Origin: Roseateles depolymerans | GTDB taxonomy: Bacteria > Pseudomonadota > Gammaproteobacteria > Burkholderiales > Burkholderiaceae_C | NCBI RefSeq assembly: GCF_003387155.1 | Contig: NZ_QUMT01000007.1 | Coordinates: forward strand, 88,912-152,911 | Length of the DNA: 64,000 nucleotides | Direction of reading: 5' to 3' | Shown here: one piece after another, positions 20,761 through 30,604 of the stretch | Layout: every line of letters begins with the position of its first letter | Numbering within the stretch: position 1 is the stretch's first letter | Position numbers and translations under genes: made by a program | The notes under the pieces: generated by a model | Seen by the model: only the letters and a program-made list of their open reading frames with translations | Database searches by the model: none | Told to the model about the DNA's origin: nothing

Positions 20761-22035
20761 ATGGCTGACATCTTCCGCCTCGAACTGCTGCCGGCCCTGC
20801 ACGGCGACTGCCTGCTGCTGGAGTACGGCGACCCCGACCACCCCCACCGCGTCCTGATCGACGGCGGCCCGATCGGCGCCTACCCGGCCCTGTCCAGTCG
20901 CCTCGACGCCCTCCCCAGCGGCCAGCGGGACTTCGAGCTGCTGGTCATCACCCATGTGGACGCCGACCACATCGAGGGATGCCTCAAGCTGCTGAATCAT
21001 CCCGAACTGGCCACCTTCAAGGACATCTGGTTCAACGGCTGGCCGCATGTGGGCCAGCAGCTGTCCGAGCCGGTGGGCACGGACTATGCGCTCGGCGCGC
21101 CCCTGCCGCCGGGCCAGCGCAGTGCCATGCAGGGCATGGAAATCAGCGTGCGCATCGACAATCGCTCATGGAATGCTGCCTTCCGGGGCGCCCCGGTGTT
21201 TGTGCCTGCCGCAGGGCCGTTGCCGGTGCGAGAGCTGCCGGGTGGCCTGCGGCTGACGCTGCTGTCGCCCCGCAAAGTGGAACTCGAGAAGCTGCGCACC
21301 GCCTATCTGAAGGCCCTGGAGGCCGCCGAGATTGCGCCCGAGGACGTGCATGCACTCGCCAGGCGGCTGGACATGAAGGCCGCATTCCGTGGCGTGGGAG
21401 CGCGGCTGCGACCGCGGTTCGAGCAGATCCTGGACAGCGCCGCGCTGGCCGCCGGGCCGATGGACAAGGCCGTTGCCAATGGGTCGAGCATTGCGCTGGT
21501 GGCCGAGTACCAGGGGCGACGCGTCGCGCTGCTCGGAGACGCGCATGCGCCGACGCTGACCGCGTCGCTGGCTCGGTTTGCCACGGGCTCGAGGGGTGGG
21601 GGGGTCGGCGTTGCTGATGACGATGCGGCTTTCGGTCTGGGTAACGGTACGGGTCGCGCCACGGGTAGCGCCACGGGTAGCGCCACGAGCCGACGGTCAC
21701 GCGTGCGCTTCGACGCCATCAAGCTCGCACACCACGGCTCCGCCGGCAACCTGGACGAGTCCTTCCTCGACAGCGTGGACTGCGACACCTGGCTGGTCTC
21801 CACCAATGGCCAGCTGTTCAGCCATCCCGATGCGGCCGCGCTCCATGCCATCGTGCGTCGCAAGCCAGGCGCGACGCTGGTCTTCAACTACCGCTCCGAA
21901 TTCACCGCCCCATGGGACGACCCCCAACTGCGCGACGCCCATGGCCACACCACGGTCTACCCGGAAGATGCCGACGGCGGCGTGGTGATGGATCTTCTCT
22001 CCGGCACCCCGGTCAGGCGCGAAACTCAGGAGTGA
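20761..22035 (+). CDS. MBL-fold metallo-hydrolase, ComEC-C-terminal-domain-like
   Basis: LLLEYGD.DHPHRVLIDGGP...LVITHVDADHIEG (HxHxDH-type motif) and IKLAHHGSAGN...LVSTNG resemble the ComEC-type MBL domain. Internal 12-bp tandem repeat (GSATGSAT) at ~21652-21690. Confidence 0.8.
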   Translation: MADIFRLELLPALHGDCLLLEYGDPDHPHRVLIDGGPIGAYPALSSRLDALPSGQRDFELLVITHVDADHIEGCLKLLNHPELATFKDIWFNGWPHVGQQLSEPVGTDYALGAPLPPGQRSAMQGMEISVRIDNRSWNAAFRGAPVFVPAAGPLPVRELPGGLRLTLLSPRKVELEKLRTAYLKALEAAEIAPEDVHALARRLDMKAAFRGVGARLRPRFEQILDSAALAAGPMDKAVANGSSIALVAEYQGRRVALLGDAHAPTLTASLARFATGSRGGGVGVADDDAAFGLGNGTGRATGSATGSATSRRSRVRFDAIKLAHHGSAGNLDESFLDSVDCDTWLVSTNGQLFSHPDAAALHAIVRRKPGATLVFNYRSEFTAPWDDPQLRDAHGHTTVYPEDADGGVVMDLLSGTPVRRETQE

Positions 22036-23533
22036 CCAGCATCGCGGAGGCCCAGGCGTTGTCCCGGTCCCGGAAGCGCCGGTAGATGCGGCGGCGCGCC
22101 AGCCCGAAGGCTGCCCCCAGCGACTGGCTGCGCAGCAGCATCTGGTAGAACTGCCGCGCCTGGATGGCCGCGGTGCGGTCGTTGACCCGGCAGCGGTAGC
22201 CCAGCACCGCATGAATGCCGGCCGCTGCCGCCAGCGACGCAAAGCCGGAGTTGCCGCTCTCGCAGCTGCTCAGGTAGACGAAGCGCGCCGACCGCATGTA
22301 GCTCACCACGTCGCCGAAGTCGATGCACTCCGGCGCGTCCGGAGGGCCGACGAAGAGGAAGCCGGTGCCGCCGTTCTGTTCCGCTCCCAAGGGCTGGTAG
22401 TAGGTGTGGCCGGCAAAGTGGATCAGGTCCCAGTTGCCGGACCGCAGGGCCGCTTCCAGGGCGCCGCGTGTCACCGGTTCATTCAGGCCCAGCATCTGGA
22501 CGTTGCGGGCCAGGAACAGCGGCTGTCCGGTACGGGGCGAGACGGTCGTGAGCCAGCGCCGCACCCGGTTGCATTCGATCCGCACGAGCTGCAGCGGATC
22601 GAGCTTGGTCATGCCGCCGGCCAGCTTGTCGCTGAAGACGGTGCCGTGGGTGTCGGCGCAGATCACCAGCGCGCGCCGGGCCATGGGGGAGCCCGCGAAC
22701 AGGTCGGCCGACGGATCGGCATCCGCGCCCTGCAAGCGGCGCGCCACCGAGGACGCCCGTGCCAGCCAGGGTTCGGGCAGCGGCGACGGATCGAAGACGG
22801 ATTCGAGCATCAGCGGATAGCAGTCGCTGGACACCTCGAAGATGAGCTGCTCCGGCAGCGCCGCAGCCGCCGGGCCCAACTGCTCGACCGCCTTTGCGTG
22901 GGCAAACTTGCGCTGCAGTTCAAAGGTCGGGTTGTCCTCGCACAGGGCTGTTCGAATGCTCTTGCCGATGCCGGAGAACGCCGTGTACCAGTCCGGACGC
23001 AGCAGATCCGTCACCCACAGGCAGGAGGCTGCCGCGCTGATGGCCAGGGGCCCGTCGCCTCGGAAATTGAAGCCGACGCCCTTCATGACGAAGCTCCAGT
23101 CCCTGGGCCGGGCGGTGATCCGGATCTGCAACGCGGGCTCCACCGCGCGACCGGGTCGGAGCAGGTCCAGCGCGAAGGCCCCGGCAGTGGTCGGGTCGCT
23201 GAACAGCGTCAGGTCCTGCACCTGCCTGGCCTCGCGCACCAGATCCGACGTCAGGGCCGGTGCCAGCAGCATCATGGGGGCGGTGGTCAGGAGACGCGCC
23301 TGATGGCAGAACGCCAGTCCGCCGTCCTCCGTCACGACGGCGCCCGCATCGGCGGCGAGCTGGCTGCCCACGATGAGGAAGTCCACGGCCTGCATCTGCA
23401 GCAACTCCAGCGCCGTCTCGGCATTGCTTTCATGCTGCACCGTGCGAGCGCCCATCTGCCGAAGCTGCTTCTTGATCAGCTCACCGTCCACCTCGGCCTG
23501 CAGCCGATTCAACACCAACAGGAAGTCAGCCAT
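22013..23533 (-). CDS. CHAT-domain (caspase-like) peptidase with an N-terminal receiver (REC)-like domain
   Basis: From ATG 23533: MADFLLVLNRLQAEVDGELIKKQLRQMGARTVQHESNAETALELLQMQAVDFLIVGS (CheY-like fold). C-terminal LIHFAGHTYY...FVYLSSCESG is the CHAT catalytic His/Cys dyad. 3' end overlaps the MBL gene 3' end by 23 nt. Confidence 0.8.
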   Translation of the reverse strand: MADFLLVLNRLQAEVDGELIKKQLRQMGARTVQHESNAETALELLQMQAVDFLIVGSQLAADAGAVVTEDGGLAFCHQARLLTTAPMMLLAPALTSDLVREARQVQDLTLFSDPTTAGAFALDLLRPGRAVEPALQIRITARPRDWSFVMKGVGFNFRGDGPLAISAAASCLWVTDLLRPDWYTAFSGIGKSIRTALCEDNPTFELQRKFAHAKAVEQLGPAAAALPEQLIFEVSSDCYPLMLESVFDPSPLPEPWLARASSVARRLQGADADPSADLFAGSPMARRALVICADTHGTVFSDKLAGGMTKLDPLQLVRIECNRVRRWLTTVSPRTGQPLFLARNVQMLGLNEPVTRGALEAALRSGNWDLIHFAGHTYYQPLGAEQNGGTGFLFVGPPDAPECIDFGDVVSYMRSARFVYLSSCESGNSGFASLAAAAGIHAVLGYRCRVNDRTAAIQARQFYQMLLRSQSLGAAFGLARRRIYRRFRDRDNAWASAMLVTPEFRA

Positions 23534-26111
23534 GGGTCCCCCCGCGCGGAAATCCGAGCACGAACTCGGTGACGTCGTCCGGCAGCGCATTCACCTTGAA
23601 GCTGCCGTTCTGGCCCTTCATGAGCCGGGAGATCAAGGGATGGGCCAGGCGGATGTCGGCCTGTGCGGCTTCCAGGCTGCCAAACCGGTTGCCGCGGCGG
23701 CGGCCCGGCGGCATCTTGCCCTGCAGCCGCAGGAACACGGTCTGGTCATCCGGCACCAGCGTCAGCAGAACCTTCCCCGTCTCCGGCGCGGCGCGCAGCA
23801 GGCCCGACAACAGGCTCTCCACCACGATATGCAGCTGGGTGTGGTCCGCCTCGATTTCCACCACCTGGTCGAAGGTCTGCGGCTGGACCTTGGCGCGCTC
23901 CGTCACGGTCAGGCCTGCAAGCAATGCATGCAGTTCGCTGTCCAGCCGGATGGTGCAGAGCTGGCGGGAGCGGTTCCTGGCCTCACGGTTGTACATGGCC
24001 AGCCGTGTGAAGGCATGCTTGACGCGGCCCAGTTGCCGCAGCACCGAGACGAGATCCGTCGTCAAGGCGGCAGCGTCAGCGGCATCAGCGGCGTCGGCGG
24101 ACCCGGCACGATGGGCCGTGGGGCTCATGGACGCCTCGATCTGTCGCTCGAACCACGCCATCGCCAGGCTCAGCGGCGCCTGGGTCTCCACCGCCAGCTC
24201 ATACGCGGTTTGCTCCAGGAACTCCAGCTGCACCGATCGCCGGATCGGCGCCAGATCCCTCGCGACGAAGACATGGCCGCCCAGGCGCTCCGGAAAGTCA
24301 CGACGGGTGACAAAGACCGATCTCGAGGACGCCGGCGCGTGCATGCCATCGACCCCTGCGAGCGAGGACTCTGAACCATGCGCTTGAAGGGCGACGGGGT
24401 CGGCAAACGCGGGGGAGGCTTGGGAACTTGCGGCAGCTGCAGAACTGGCCGAAGTGGCGGAAGCGCCCGGCGCGATGCGGACGGTGAGTTCTCCGATGCG
24501 CTCCCCCGCCTCGGTGCCGTCGAGCAAGGCCTCCAGCGGGCGCGGATCCTCGAAGTACTCCAGCAGGCTCTTGCCGATCAGGGCCGACCGGTTGCAGTCG
24601 AACAGCATCTCGGCCGCCCGGTTGACGCGGCGGATCCGCAGCCGGGCATCGGTGGCGATGATCGGGTCGGAGGCGTTGTCCACGCATTCAGCGAGCAGCG
24701 TGAGGTCGCTGATGCGCTCCATCGCGCCCGCAAGCTCCTGCGCGATGTCGGTGAGCTGGCGCACATGCTCGCGGGAGAACGCACTGATCCGCGGGTCGTC
24801 GACGTTGATGATGAAGCGCACCCGTTCCCCGTCGGAAAACACAATGGGCACCGCCAGCTCCGAGCGAATGGACTCGCCGTCCGGCGTTTCGATGTAGTCG
24901 GGGTCCTGCCGGACGTCCGGGACCTTTTGCGGCTGCAAGGTCCGCACCACCCGGCCCAGCACGCCTTCGTCAACATGCTGCTGGTAGTCGCCCCAGGACG
25001 CACCCGTGTCGATGGCCAGGCCGTCGTCCCCGCGCCGCGCCGAAGCCACCCGCACGACCTTCTCCCGAGCACTGTCGATCCGGAACAGGGACACCCGGCT
25101 CCAGTCGAAAATCTCCACCAGCGCATCGGCCAGGCAGCGGCAGGCCCCCTGGATATCGACGCAGCGGTTCAGGTCCCGGAACATGCGCAGTTGCCGCTGA
25201 CTGCGTGCCCGCTCGGAAAAGTCCAGGCTGCACAGCACCGCCTCGACCAGCGGCAGCTGATTGAACTGCGCCAGGTGCGTCTCGTCGTAGGCATCGCGGG
25301 TGCGGCTGAGCAGGGTCATGATGGCGACGGTCCGCTTTCGGTCCCCTTCGCCCCGCGTGATGCGCCGCCACATGCTCGTCTTCAGGTTCATGGCGGCCAT
25401 CTGGCGGCAGATCGGCTCCTCGGCCATGCTGGACCACGGCGGATTGCTCATCACCTGCTCGAAGTCATGCACGCCCCCCTCGGTCGCTTCCATGAAGGCG
25501 CGCTGATCGCCGTCCAGCGCGTACCAGGCCGTGGGCACCTGCTGCTCGAAGGGCGGGTAGTTGAAGACGATCTCGAACTCCCAGGCATCGCGGTCCTCCA
25601 CGACGCGGGAGACGAACATCAGGTCAAAGGGCAGCTCCCGATGCAAGGCCTGCGCCACCAGCGGCAGCAAGGACTCATGTCCGGCGTGCCGCAGCGTGAT
25701 GGCGCGCAGGTCGTCGCCGAGCGCCTGGTACTGGAGGCTGCGAAAGAACCCGAGCGAGCCGACCACCGCGTCGTGCTCGTCCATCACAGGCAGGCCGGTG
25801 ACTTCCACCGCCACCTGCCGGCCCGGGTCATCCTGCCGCGTCAGCGTGACGCGGTAGGCGCCGAGCTCCCCCTGCCGACGGTGGCGTGTTTCTTCCGCCA
25901 GCACCCGGCCCGCTTCGCCGGCGAACACCTGGTCCAGGCGCAGGTCTTGAACCTCCTTCACCCCGCACATCGCCAGCGCCGCCGCATTGGCATAGATGAC
26001 GTGGTTGGACAGGTCGCGCTGGATGACGGCGATGCGGGACCGGTCGAAGACCTCCCGTCTCATCGGTCCCCAGGCGGTTGAACCGGCAGGTTCGCGGGCG
26101 GGGTGGTCCAT
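23526..26111 (-). CDS. Multi-domain PAS/GAF sensor protein with a C-terminal HisKA_2/HWE-like kinase and HATPase-like region
   Basis: GGGAGG Shine-Dalgarno before ATG 26111. Several PAS and GAF-like blocks. C-terminal LGRVKHAFTRLAMYN (HWE/HisKA_2-like box) and GNRFGSLEAAQ...GSFKVNALPDDVTEFVLGFP (ATPase lid). Stop overlaps the CHAT gene start (co-operonic). Confidence 0.75.
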   Translation of the reverse strand: MDHPAREPAGSTAWGPMRREVFDRSRIAVIQRDLSNHVIYANAAALAMCGVKEVQDLRLDQVFAGEAGRVLAEETRHRRQGELGAYRVTLTRQDDPGRQVAVEVTGLPVMDEHDAVVGSLGFFRSLQYQALGDDLRAITLRHAGHESLLPLVAQALHRELPFDLMFVSRVVEDRDAWEFEIVFNYPPFEQQVPTAWYALDGDQRAFMEATEGGVHDFEQVMSNPPWSSMAEEPICRQMAAMNLKTSMWRRITRGEGDRKRTVAIMTLLSRTRDAYDETHLAQFNQLPLVEAVLCSLDFSERARSQRQLRMFRDLNRCVDIQGACRCLADALVEIFDWSRVSLFRIDSAREKVVRVASARRGDDGLAIDTGASWGDYQQHVDEGVLGRVVRTLQPQKVPDVRQDPDYIETPDGESIRSELAVPIVFSDGERVRFIINVDDPRISAFSREHVRQLTDIAQELAGAMERISDLTLLAECVDNASDPIIATDARLRIRRVNRAAEMLFDCNRSALIGKSLLEYFEDPRPLEALLDGTEAGERIGELTVRIAPGASATSASSAAAASSQASPAFADPVALQAHGSESSLAGVDGMHAPASSRSVFVTRRDFPERLGGHVFVARDLAPIRRSVQLEFLEQTAYELAVETQAPLSLAMAWFERQIEASMSPTAHRAGSADAADAADAAALTTDLVSVLRQLGRVKHAFTRLAMYNREARNRSRQLCTIRLDSELHALLAGLTVTERAKVQPQTFDQVVEIEADHTQLHIVVESLLSGLLRAAPETGKVLLTLVPDDQTVFLRLQGKMPPGRRRGNRFGSLEAAQADIRLAHPLISRLMKGQNGSFKVNALPDDVTEFVLGFPRGGTHG

Positions 26112-26228
26112 GGCGTCCTCCCAGGCGACGAGCGCCAGCGTTCGGTGTACGGGCGATCGAGAGGCTACGCCTTTCGCCGACACCCCGCCTCCAAAAAGCT
26201 AGGGATACGGAGCCGGCGGGCAGACGTG

Positions 26229-26264
26229 AAAAAGCCCGCAGGGTCATCAAGACCGCTGCGGGCT
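26229..26264 (-). terminator. Rho-independent terminator downstream of sppA (minus strand)
   Basis: agcccgcag-(14 nt)-ctgcgggct hairpin with a U5 tract on the minus strand. Confidence 0.6.
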
Positions 26265-26312
26265 TGCAAAAGGAGGACTGGCCGGGGTGCTGGCCCCGCC
26301 AGCCCCATCAGC

Positions 26313-28190
26313 TCAAGGAGCCAGGCACAGGCAATGCACGATCGACTTCACCGGCGCGCGAGACGCCCCGGCCTTGGTGTCCGGCTGCGCCTGCTCGGCC
26401 AGCCAGGTGATGTCGGTCTGGGCTTCCTTCAGCGGTGCCGGCAGTTGCGGCACGCCGCCCAGCGCCCGCAGCACTTCCGCCCGCACCGTCGGTGCGGCGG
26501 TCTCGGTCAGACCCGACACCAGGCGCTCCAGCGTGCTGCGCTCGGCCTCGACATACTTCACCGACGGGTCTTCCCCCAGGTTGGCGCGCTTGGCCGCGCT
26601 GGCCACCGCATCCTGGAGCAGGCCCATCTTGTCCACCAGGCCCCGTTCCAGCGCCTGGGAACCGGTCCAGACCCGGCCCTGCCCCACCGCATCGATCTGC
26701 GCCGCGCTCTTCTTGCGAGCGGATGCGGCACGACCGGTGAACTCGGCATAGGTGTGCTCGATGGAGGACTGCACCACCGCGGCCAGGCGCGGATCCAGCG
26801 CACGGCGTGGGTCATAGGCGCCCGCCAGCCAGGTGGTGGTGTAGCCGCCGGTGTGGATGGACAGCTTGTCCATCAGCTTCTCGCCGGTGGGCAGCATGCC
26901 CACCACGCCGATGGAGCCGGTGATGGTGGACGGGTCCGCGATCACTTCGTCGGACGACATGGAGATCCAGTAGCCGCCCGAGGCCGCCACACCGCCCATG
27001 GACACCACCACGGGCTTGCCCACTGCGCGCGTCAGTTCCAGTTCGCGCCGCACCAGCTCGGACGCAAAGGCGCTGCCGCCCGGGGAGTTCACGCGCAGGA
27101 CCACCGCCTTGATCTTGTCGTCCTGGCGGGCCTGGCGGATCAGCGCGGAGGTGGAATCACCGCCGATGCGACCGGGCGCGGCCTGGCCGTCCACGATCTC
27201 GCCTTCCGCCACGATGATGCCCACCTGGCCGTCAGCCTTGGGCAGCTTGGGCGGCAACTGCGCCGCATAGGCGCCCATGGGGATGGCCCGCAGCTGCTTG
27301 TCGTCCTTGGTGCCGCGCTGTTCCAGCAGTTGGTCCACCTGGTCACGGGTCTTGAGGCCGTCGACCAGCTTTTCCTGCAGCACCAGCTTGGCGGCGTCAC
27401 CGTTCACCGCCGCCAGGCGCTGCGGCAGTTCCTCGATGGCCTTGGCGATCGCGCCCTTGTCCAGCTTGCGGGCCTGTTCCACATCCAGCTGGTAGCGGGC
27501 CCACAGCTCGTCGTAGAGGTAGCTCTCGGCTTCCATCGACGCCTGCGACGGGGCGTTGGCGAAATACGGCTCGGCGAAATTCTTGTAGGTGCCCACCCGC
27601 ATGACGTTGGCGGAGATGCCCACGCGGTCCAGTGCGTCCTTGTAGTAGTTGCGATAACGACCGTAGCCTTCGATCATCACCGTGCCCATCGGGTGCACAT
27701 ACACCTCGTTGGCTTGCGCGGCCAGGTAGTAGCTGCGCTGGTCGTAGCTGTTGGCAAAGGCCACCACCGGCTTCTTGCTCTCCTTGAAGCGGGTCAGCGC
27801 TGCCCGCAGCTCATGCAGCGTGGCGGGCGAGGCATTGCCCATGTGGTTCAGGTCCATGTAGACCTGCACGATCTTGTCGTCCTTGGCGGCGGCGTCCAGC
27901 ACGGCCAGCAGGTCCCGAAGACGGGTCTGGGCCCGGCTCTCGCCCTGCAGCTGCGCCATGGCCTGGTCCCGCGCGGAGCCGGAGAACTGCTCCACCACGT
28001 CACCCTGGATGTCCAGCACCAGCGTGGTCTGGGGCTGCAGCGTCTTGCCCTTGGAGAAGATCGCCCACAGCAGCGCAATCAGCACAATCAGGAACAGCAG
28101 ATTCAGCACCACACGGCGCGTGCCGTCCAGCAGCCACCAGGCCCCGCGGAAGACGCGGCCGATCGGCGAAAACACGGCTTTTAATCCCAT
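26313..28190 (-). CDS. sppA: Signal peptide peptidase SppA (protease IV, 67K type)
   Basis: N-terminal TM segment, then two ClpP/crotonase-like halves with SppA motifs. 625 aa. Confidence 0.9.
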   Translation of the reverse strand: MGLKAVFSPIGRVFRGAWWLLDGTRRVVLNLLFLIVLIALLWAIFSKGKTLQPQTTLVLDIQGDVVEQFSGSARDQAMAQLQGESRAQTRLRDLLAVLDAAAKDDKIVQVYMDLNHMGNASPATLHELRAALTRFKESKKPVVAFANSYDQRSYYLAAQANEVYVHPMGTVMIEGYGRYRNYYKDALDRVGISANVMRVGTYKNFAEPYFANAPSQASMEAESYLYDELWARYQLDVEQARKLDKGAIAKAIEELPQRLAAVNGDAAKLVLQEKLVDGLKTRDQVDQLLEQRGTKDDKQLRAIPMGAYAAQLPPKLPKADGQVGIIVAEGEIVDGQAAPGRIGGDSTSALIRQARQDDKIKAVVLRVNSPGGSAFASELVRRELELTRAVGKPVVVSMGGVAASGGYWISMSSDEVIADPSTITGSIGVVGMLPTGEKLMDKLSIHTGGYTTTWLAGAYDPRRALDPRLAAVVQSSIEHTYAEFTGRAASARKKSAAQIDAVGQGRVWTGSQALERGLVDKMGLLQDAVASAAKRANLGEDPSVKYVEAERSTLERLVSGLTETAAPTVRAEVLRALGGVPQLPAPLKEAQTDITWLAEQAQPDTKAGASRAPVKSIVHCLCLAP

Positions 28191-28450
28191 TCAATCCTCC
28201 CTCTCGATGACGCGCCTGCACGAAGGCGCAACCGGTTGATTGTGGACCCAGAATGCCTCAGGGGAACAGCCCGTGCCACAGGTCATGCCTGGTCACAGCA
28301 GGGTCAGGGGAAAGGCAGGCCGGGCATGGCGCGGGGAGGCCGGGCTGCAAGGCGCGGCCGTGCACTCAGCGCCGATGATGGGCGCGGAGCAGAGAAGCGT
28401 TCGCCCAGCGCAGCGCCGAATGAAAAACCTGGGCCGGAGCCCGGATCGGC

Positions 28451-29083
28451 TCAGCTTGCCGCCGGCGGAACCGTGTCCTGGAAGCTGCTGCGGGTCATCA
28501 GCTTCTCGAAGTGGCGGGCCAGGTTGGGATGGTTCGCGCGCCAGTCGATGGCGGCAAAGCGGAAATCGAGATACCCCAGCGCACAGCCCAGCGAAATATC
28601 CGCCAGGGTGAAGTGGTTGCCGGAGCACCAGGTCTTGTCGCCCAGGCCGTGGCCCATGGCCTGCAGCGAGGCATGCACCTTGCTCATCTGGCGCTGCACC
28701 CAGGCGGGGCTGCGCTCGGCGTCGGTGCGGCCGCTCCAGGTCTCTTCCAGGCGGGCCGCCACGCAAGCGTCCAGCAGGCCATCGGCCAGGGCTTCCCAGG
28801 TGCGCACCTCGCAGCGCTCGCGGCCCCGCTCGGGGATGAGCTTGCCGACCGGCGACAGGGTGTCCACATATTCGACGATCACCCGCGAATCGAACACCGC
28901 GCCGGTGATCGAGTCCTGGCCTTCCATGACCAGGCAAGGCACCTTGCCCAGCGGATTGATCTTGAGGATGTTGTCGCTGCCCCAGACGTCCTCCAGCTCG
29001 AACTGATAGTCGAGCTTCTTTTCCGCCATGACGATGCGGACCTTGCGGACATAGGGACTGGTGAGTGAACCGATGAGTTTCAT
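28451..29083 (-). CDS. Glutathione S-transferase
   Basis: From ATG 29083: MKLIGSLTSPYVRKVRIVMAEKKLDYQFELEDVW..., GST N- and C-terminal domains. ORF-track upstream extension rejected. Confidence 0.8.
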   Translation of the reverse strand: MKLIGSLTSPYVRKVRIVMAEKKLDYQFELEDVWGSDNILKINPLGKVPCLVMEGQDSITGAVFDSRVIVEYVDTLSPVGKLIPERGRERCEVRTWEALADGLLDACVAARLEETWSGRTDAERSPAWVQRQMSKVHASLQAMGHGLGDKTWCSGNHFTLADISLGCALGYLDFRFAAIDWRANHPNLARHFEKLMTRSSFQDTVPPAAS

Positions 29084-29253
29084 TCTTATCCGGACCAACA
29101 ACCTCGGGATGCTGCGGTTGATTCTAGCGATTCGCTTCCCCGGACTGAGGCCACGAAACAACGTCCGGCATGCACCCATTCAGGTGGCTTGTCCCTGGCA
29201 CCGGGGAGACGCACACTGCTGCGCCGCCGCTGCGGCCCGCCTACACTCGGCCG

Positions 29254-29982
29254 ATGAACGCCCCCCAGCGCCGTGGTGCCACAGCCAGTGCCGGTCCCGC
29301 CTCCGGCCCGGGTGCCGTGCAGCAGGCCGCAACGGACGATGCGCCCAGCGCCCCGATGTATGTGCTCTACGGCACGAAGCGCTCCGGCTCGGCCATCGCC
29401 GAGATTGGGCTGGACTGGTGCGGCGCGCCCTATCGCGTCGTGCAGGCCTCGTCCTGGGAGGACGATTCCGCGCAGGACGCGCTGCGCCAGCTCAACCCGC
29501 TGATGCAGATCCCCACGCTGCAGACGCCCTCCGGCGACGTCCTCACCGAAAGCGCGGCCATCCTGATGCATCTGGGGCTGCGCTTTCCGCAGGCCGGACT
29601 GCTGGGGCACAGCGAGGCCATGCGCGACCAGATCTTGCGCGGCCTCGTGTTCATCGCGGCGAACTGCTACAGCCAGATCACCATCATCGACTTCCCGGAG
29701 CGCTTCACCACCAGCGCCTCACCGGCCGACCGCGAGGCGGTCAAGGCGGGCGCCACGCAGCGGCTGCATCTGCACTGGGAGATGTTCGCGGATCAGTTCC
29801 CGGGGCGTCCCTGGCTCAGCGGGGACCAGCCCGGTGCGCTGGATGCCATGGCGGTGATCGTCTCGCGCTGGTCGGGCTCGCGCGCGCATCTGCAGCAGCA
29901 TCGGCCCGAATTCTTCGCAGTGCTTCAGCGCATCGAGGCACTGCCGATCGTGGCGGCGGTGTTCAAGCGCCACTGGGGCTGA
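29254..29982 (+). CDS. Glutathione S-transferase family protein
   Basis: MYVLYGTKRSGSAIAEIGLDW...ESAAILMHLG thioredoxin-like GST N-domain. Start uncertain (ATG 29254 or 29356). Confidence 0.65.
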   Translation: MNAPQRRGATASAGPASGPGAVQQAATDDAPSAPMYVLYGTKRSGSAIAEIGLDWCGAPYRVVQASSWEDDSAQDALRQLNPLMQIPTLQTPSGDVLTESAAILMHLGLRFPQAGLLGHSEAMRDQILRGLVFIAANCYSQITIIDFPERFTTSASPADREAVKAGATQRLHLHWEMFADQFPGRPWLSGDQPGALDAMAVIVSRWSGSRAHLQQHRPEFFAVLQRIEALPIVAAVFKRHWG

Positions 29983-29989
29983 CTGCGGT

Positions 29990-30511
29990 TCACGCCCACT
30001 GCGGCTGGGGCTGCATCTGCGGCAGCAACCGCACGTGGGTGTAGAGCGCCGGACGGGTCATGGACGCGGCATCCGCGCCGACCGCGGTGAAGCCACAACG
30101 CAACCAGAATTCAGCGGACTGGCTGCTTTCGCAATTCACGTGCAGGCGCGAGAAATGGCCCTGCGCACTGGCCAGCACCGCGGCCACCAGCCGCCGCGCC
30201 AGACCATGGCCCCGCCAGCCGGGATGCACATAAAAGCGCCGCATCCGACCGGTACCCGGACGCCCCGGAGCAGGCTCCACATTCAGGCCCCCCACGGCGA
30301 TGACGAAGCCGCGGGCATCCAGCCAGGCCCAGAGCGATTCGCCGGGCTGGTCGTAGCGATTCGCACCGCTGCGCCATTCATCCATCAAGCGGCTCAGCAT
30401 GCGCCAGCCTTCCGCCTCGGCGGCGGCGAGCAGGGGCGCCCACGCAAGGGGCTCGATCTGATGCACTCGTGTCAGGCGCGGTGCGACGCCATCAGAAGCC
30501 AGGGAGGCCAT
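29990..30511 (-). CDS. GNAT family N-acetyltransferase
   Basis: From ATG 30511: MASLASDG..., acetyl-CoA-binding motif RRFYVHPGWRGHGLARRLVAAVL. Confidence 0.75.
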   Translation of the reverse strand: MASLASDGVAPRLTRVHQIEPLAWAPLLAAAEAEGWRMLSRLMDEWRSGANRYDQPGESLWAWLDARGFVIAVGGLNVEPAPGRPGTGRMRRFYVHPGWRGHGLARRLVAAVLASAQGHFSRLHVNCESSQSAEFWLRCGFTAVGADAASMTRPALYTHVRLLPQMQPQPQWA

Positions 30512-30604
30512 GGAACGGACGCAATAACCAGCGGTTGAAACAGGAAAGAGCGGATTAAGCAGCAAGCCCACGTCCCTCACATCCGGGACAACCCTGGCGG
30601 CCCG

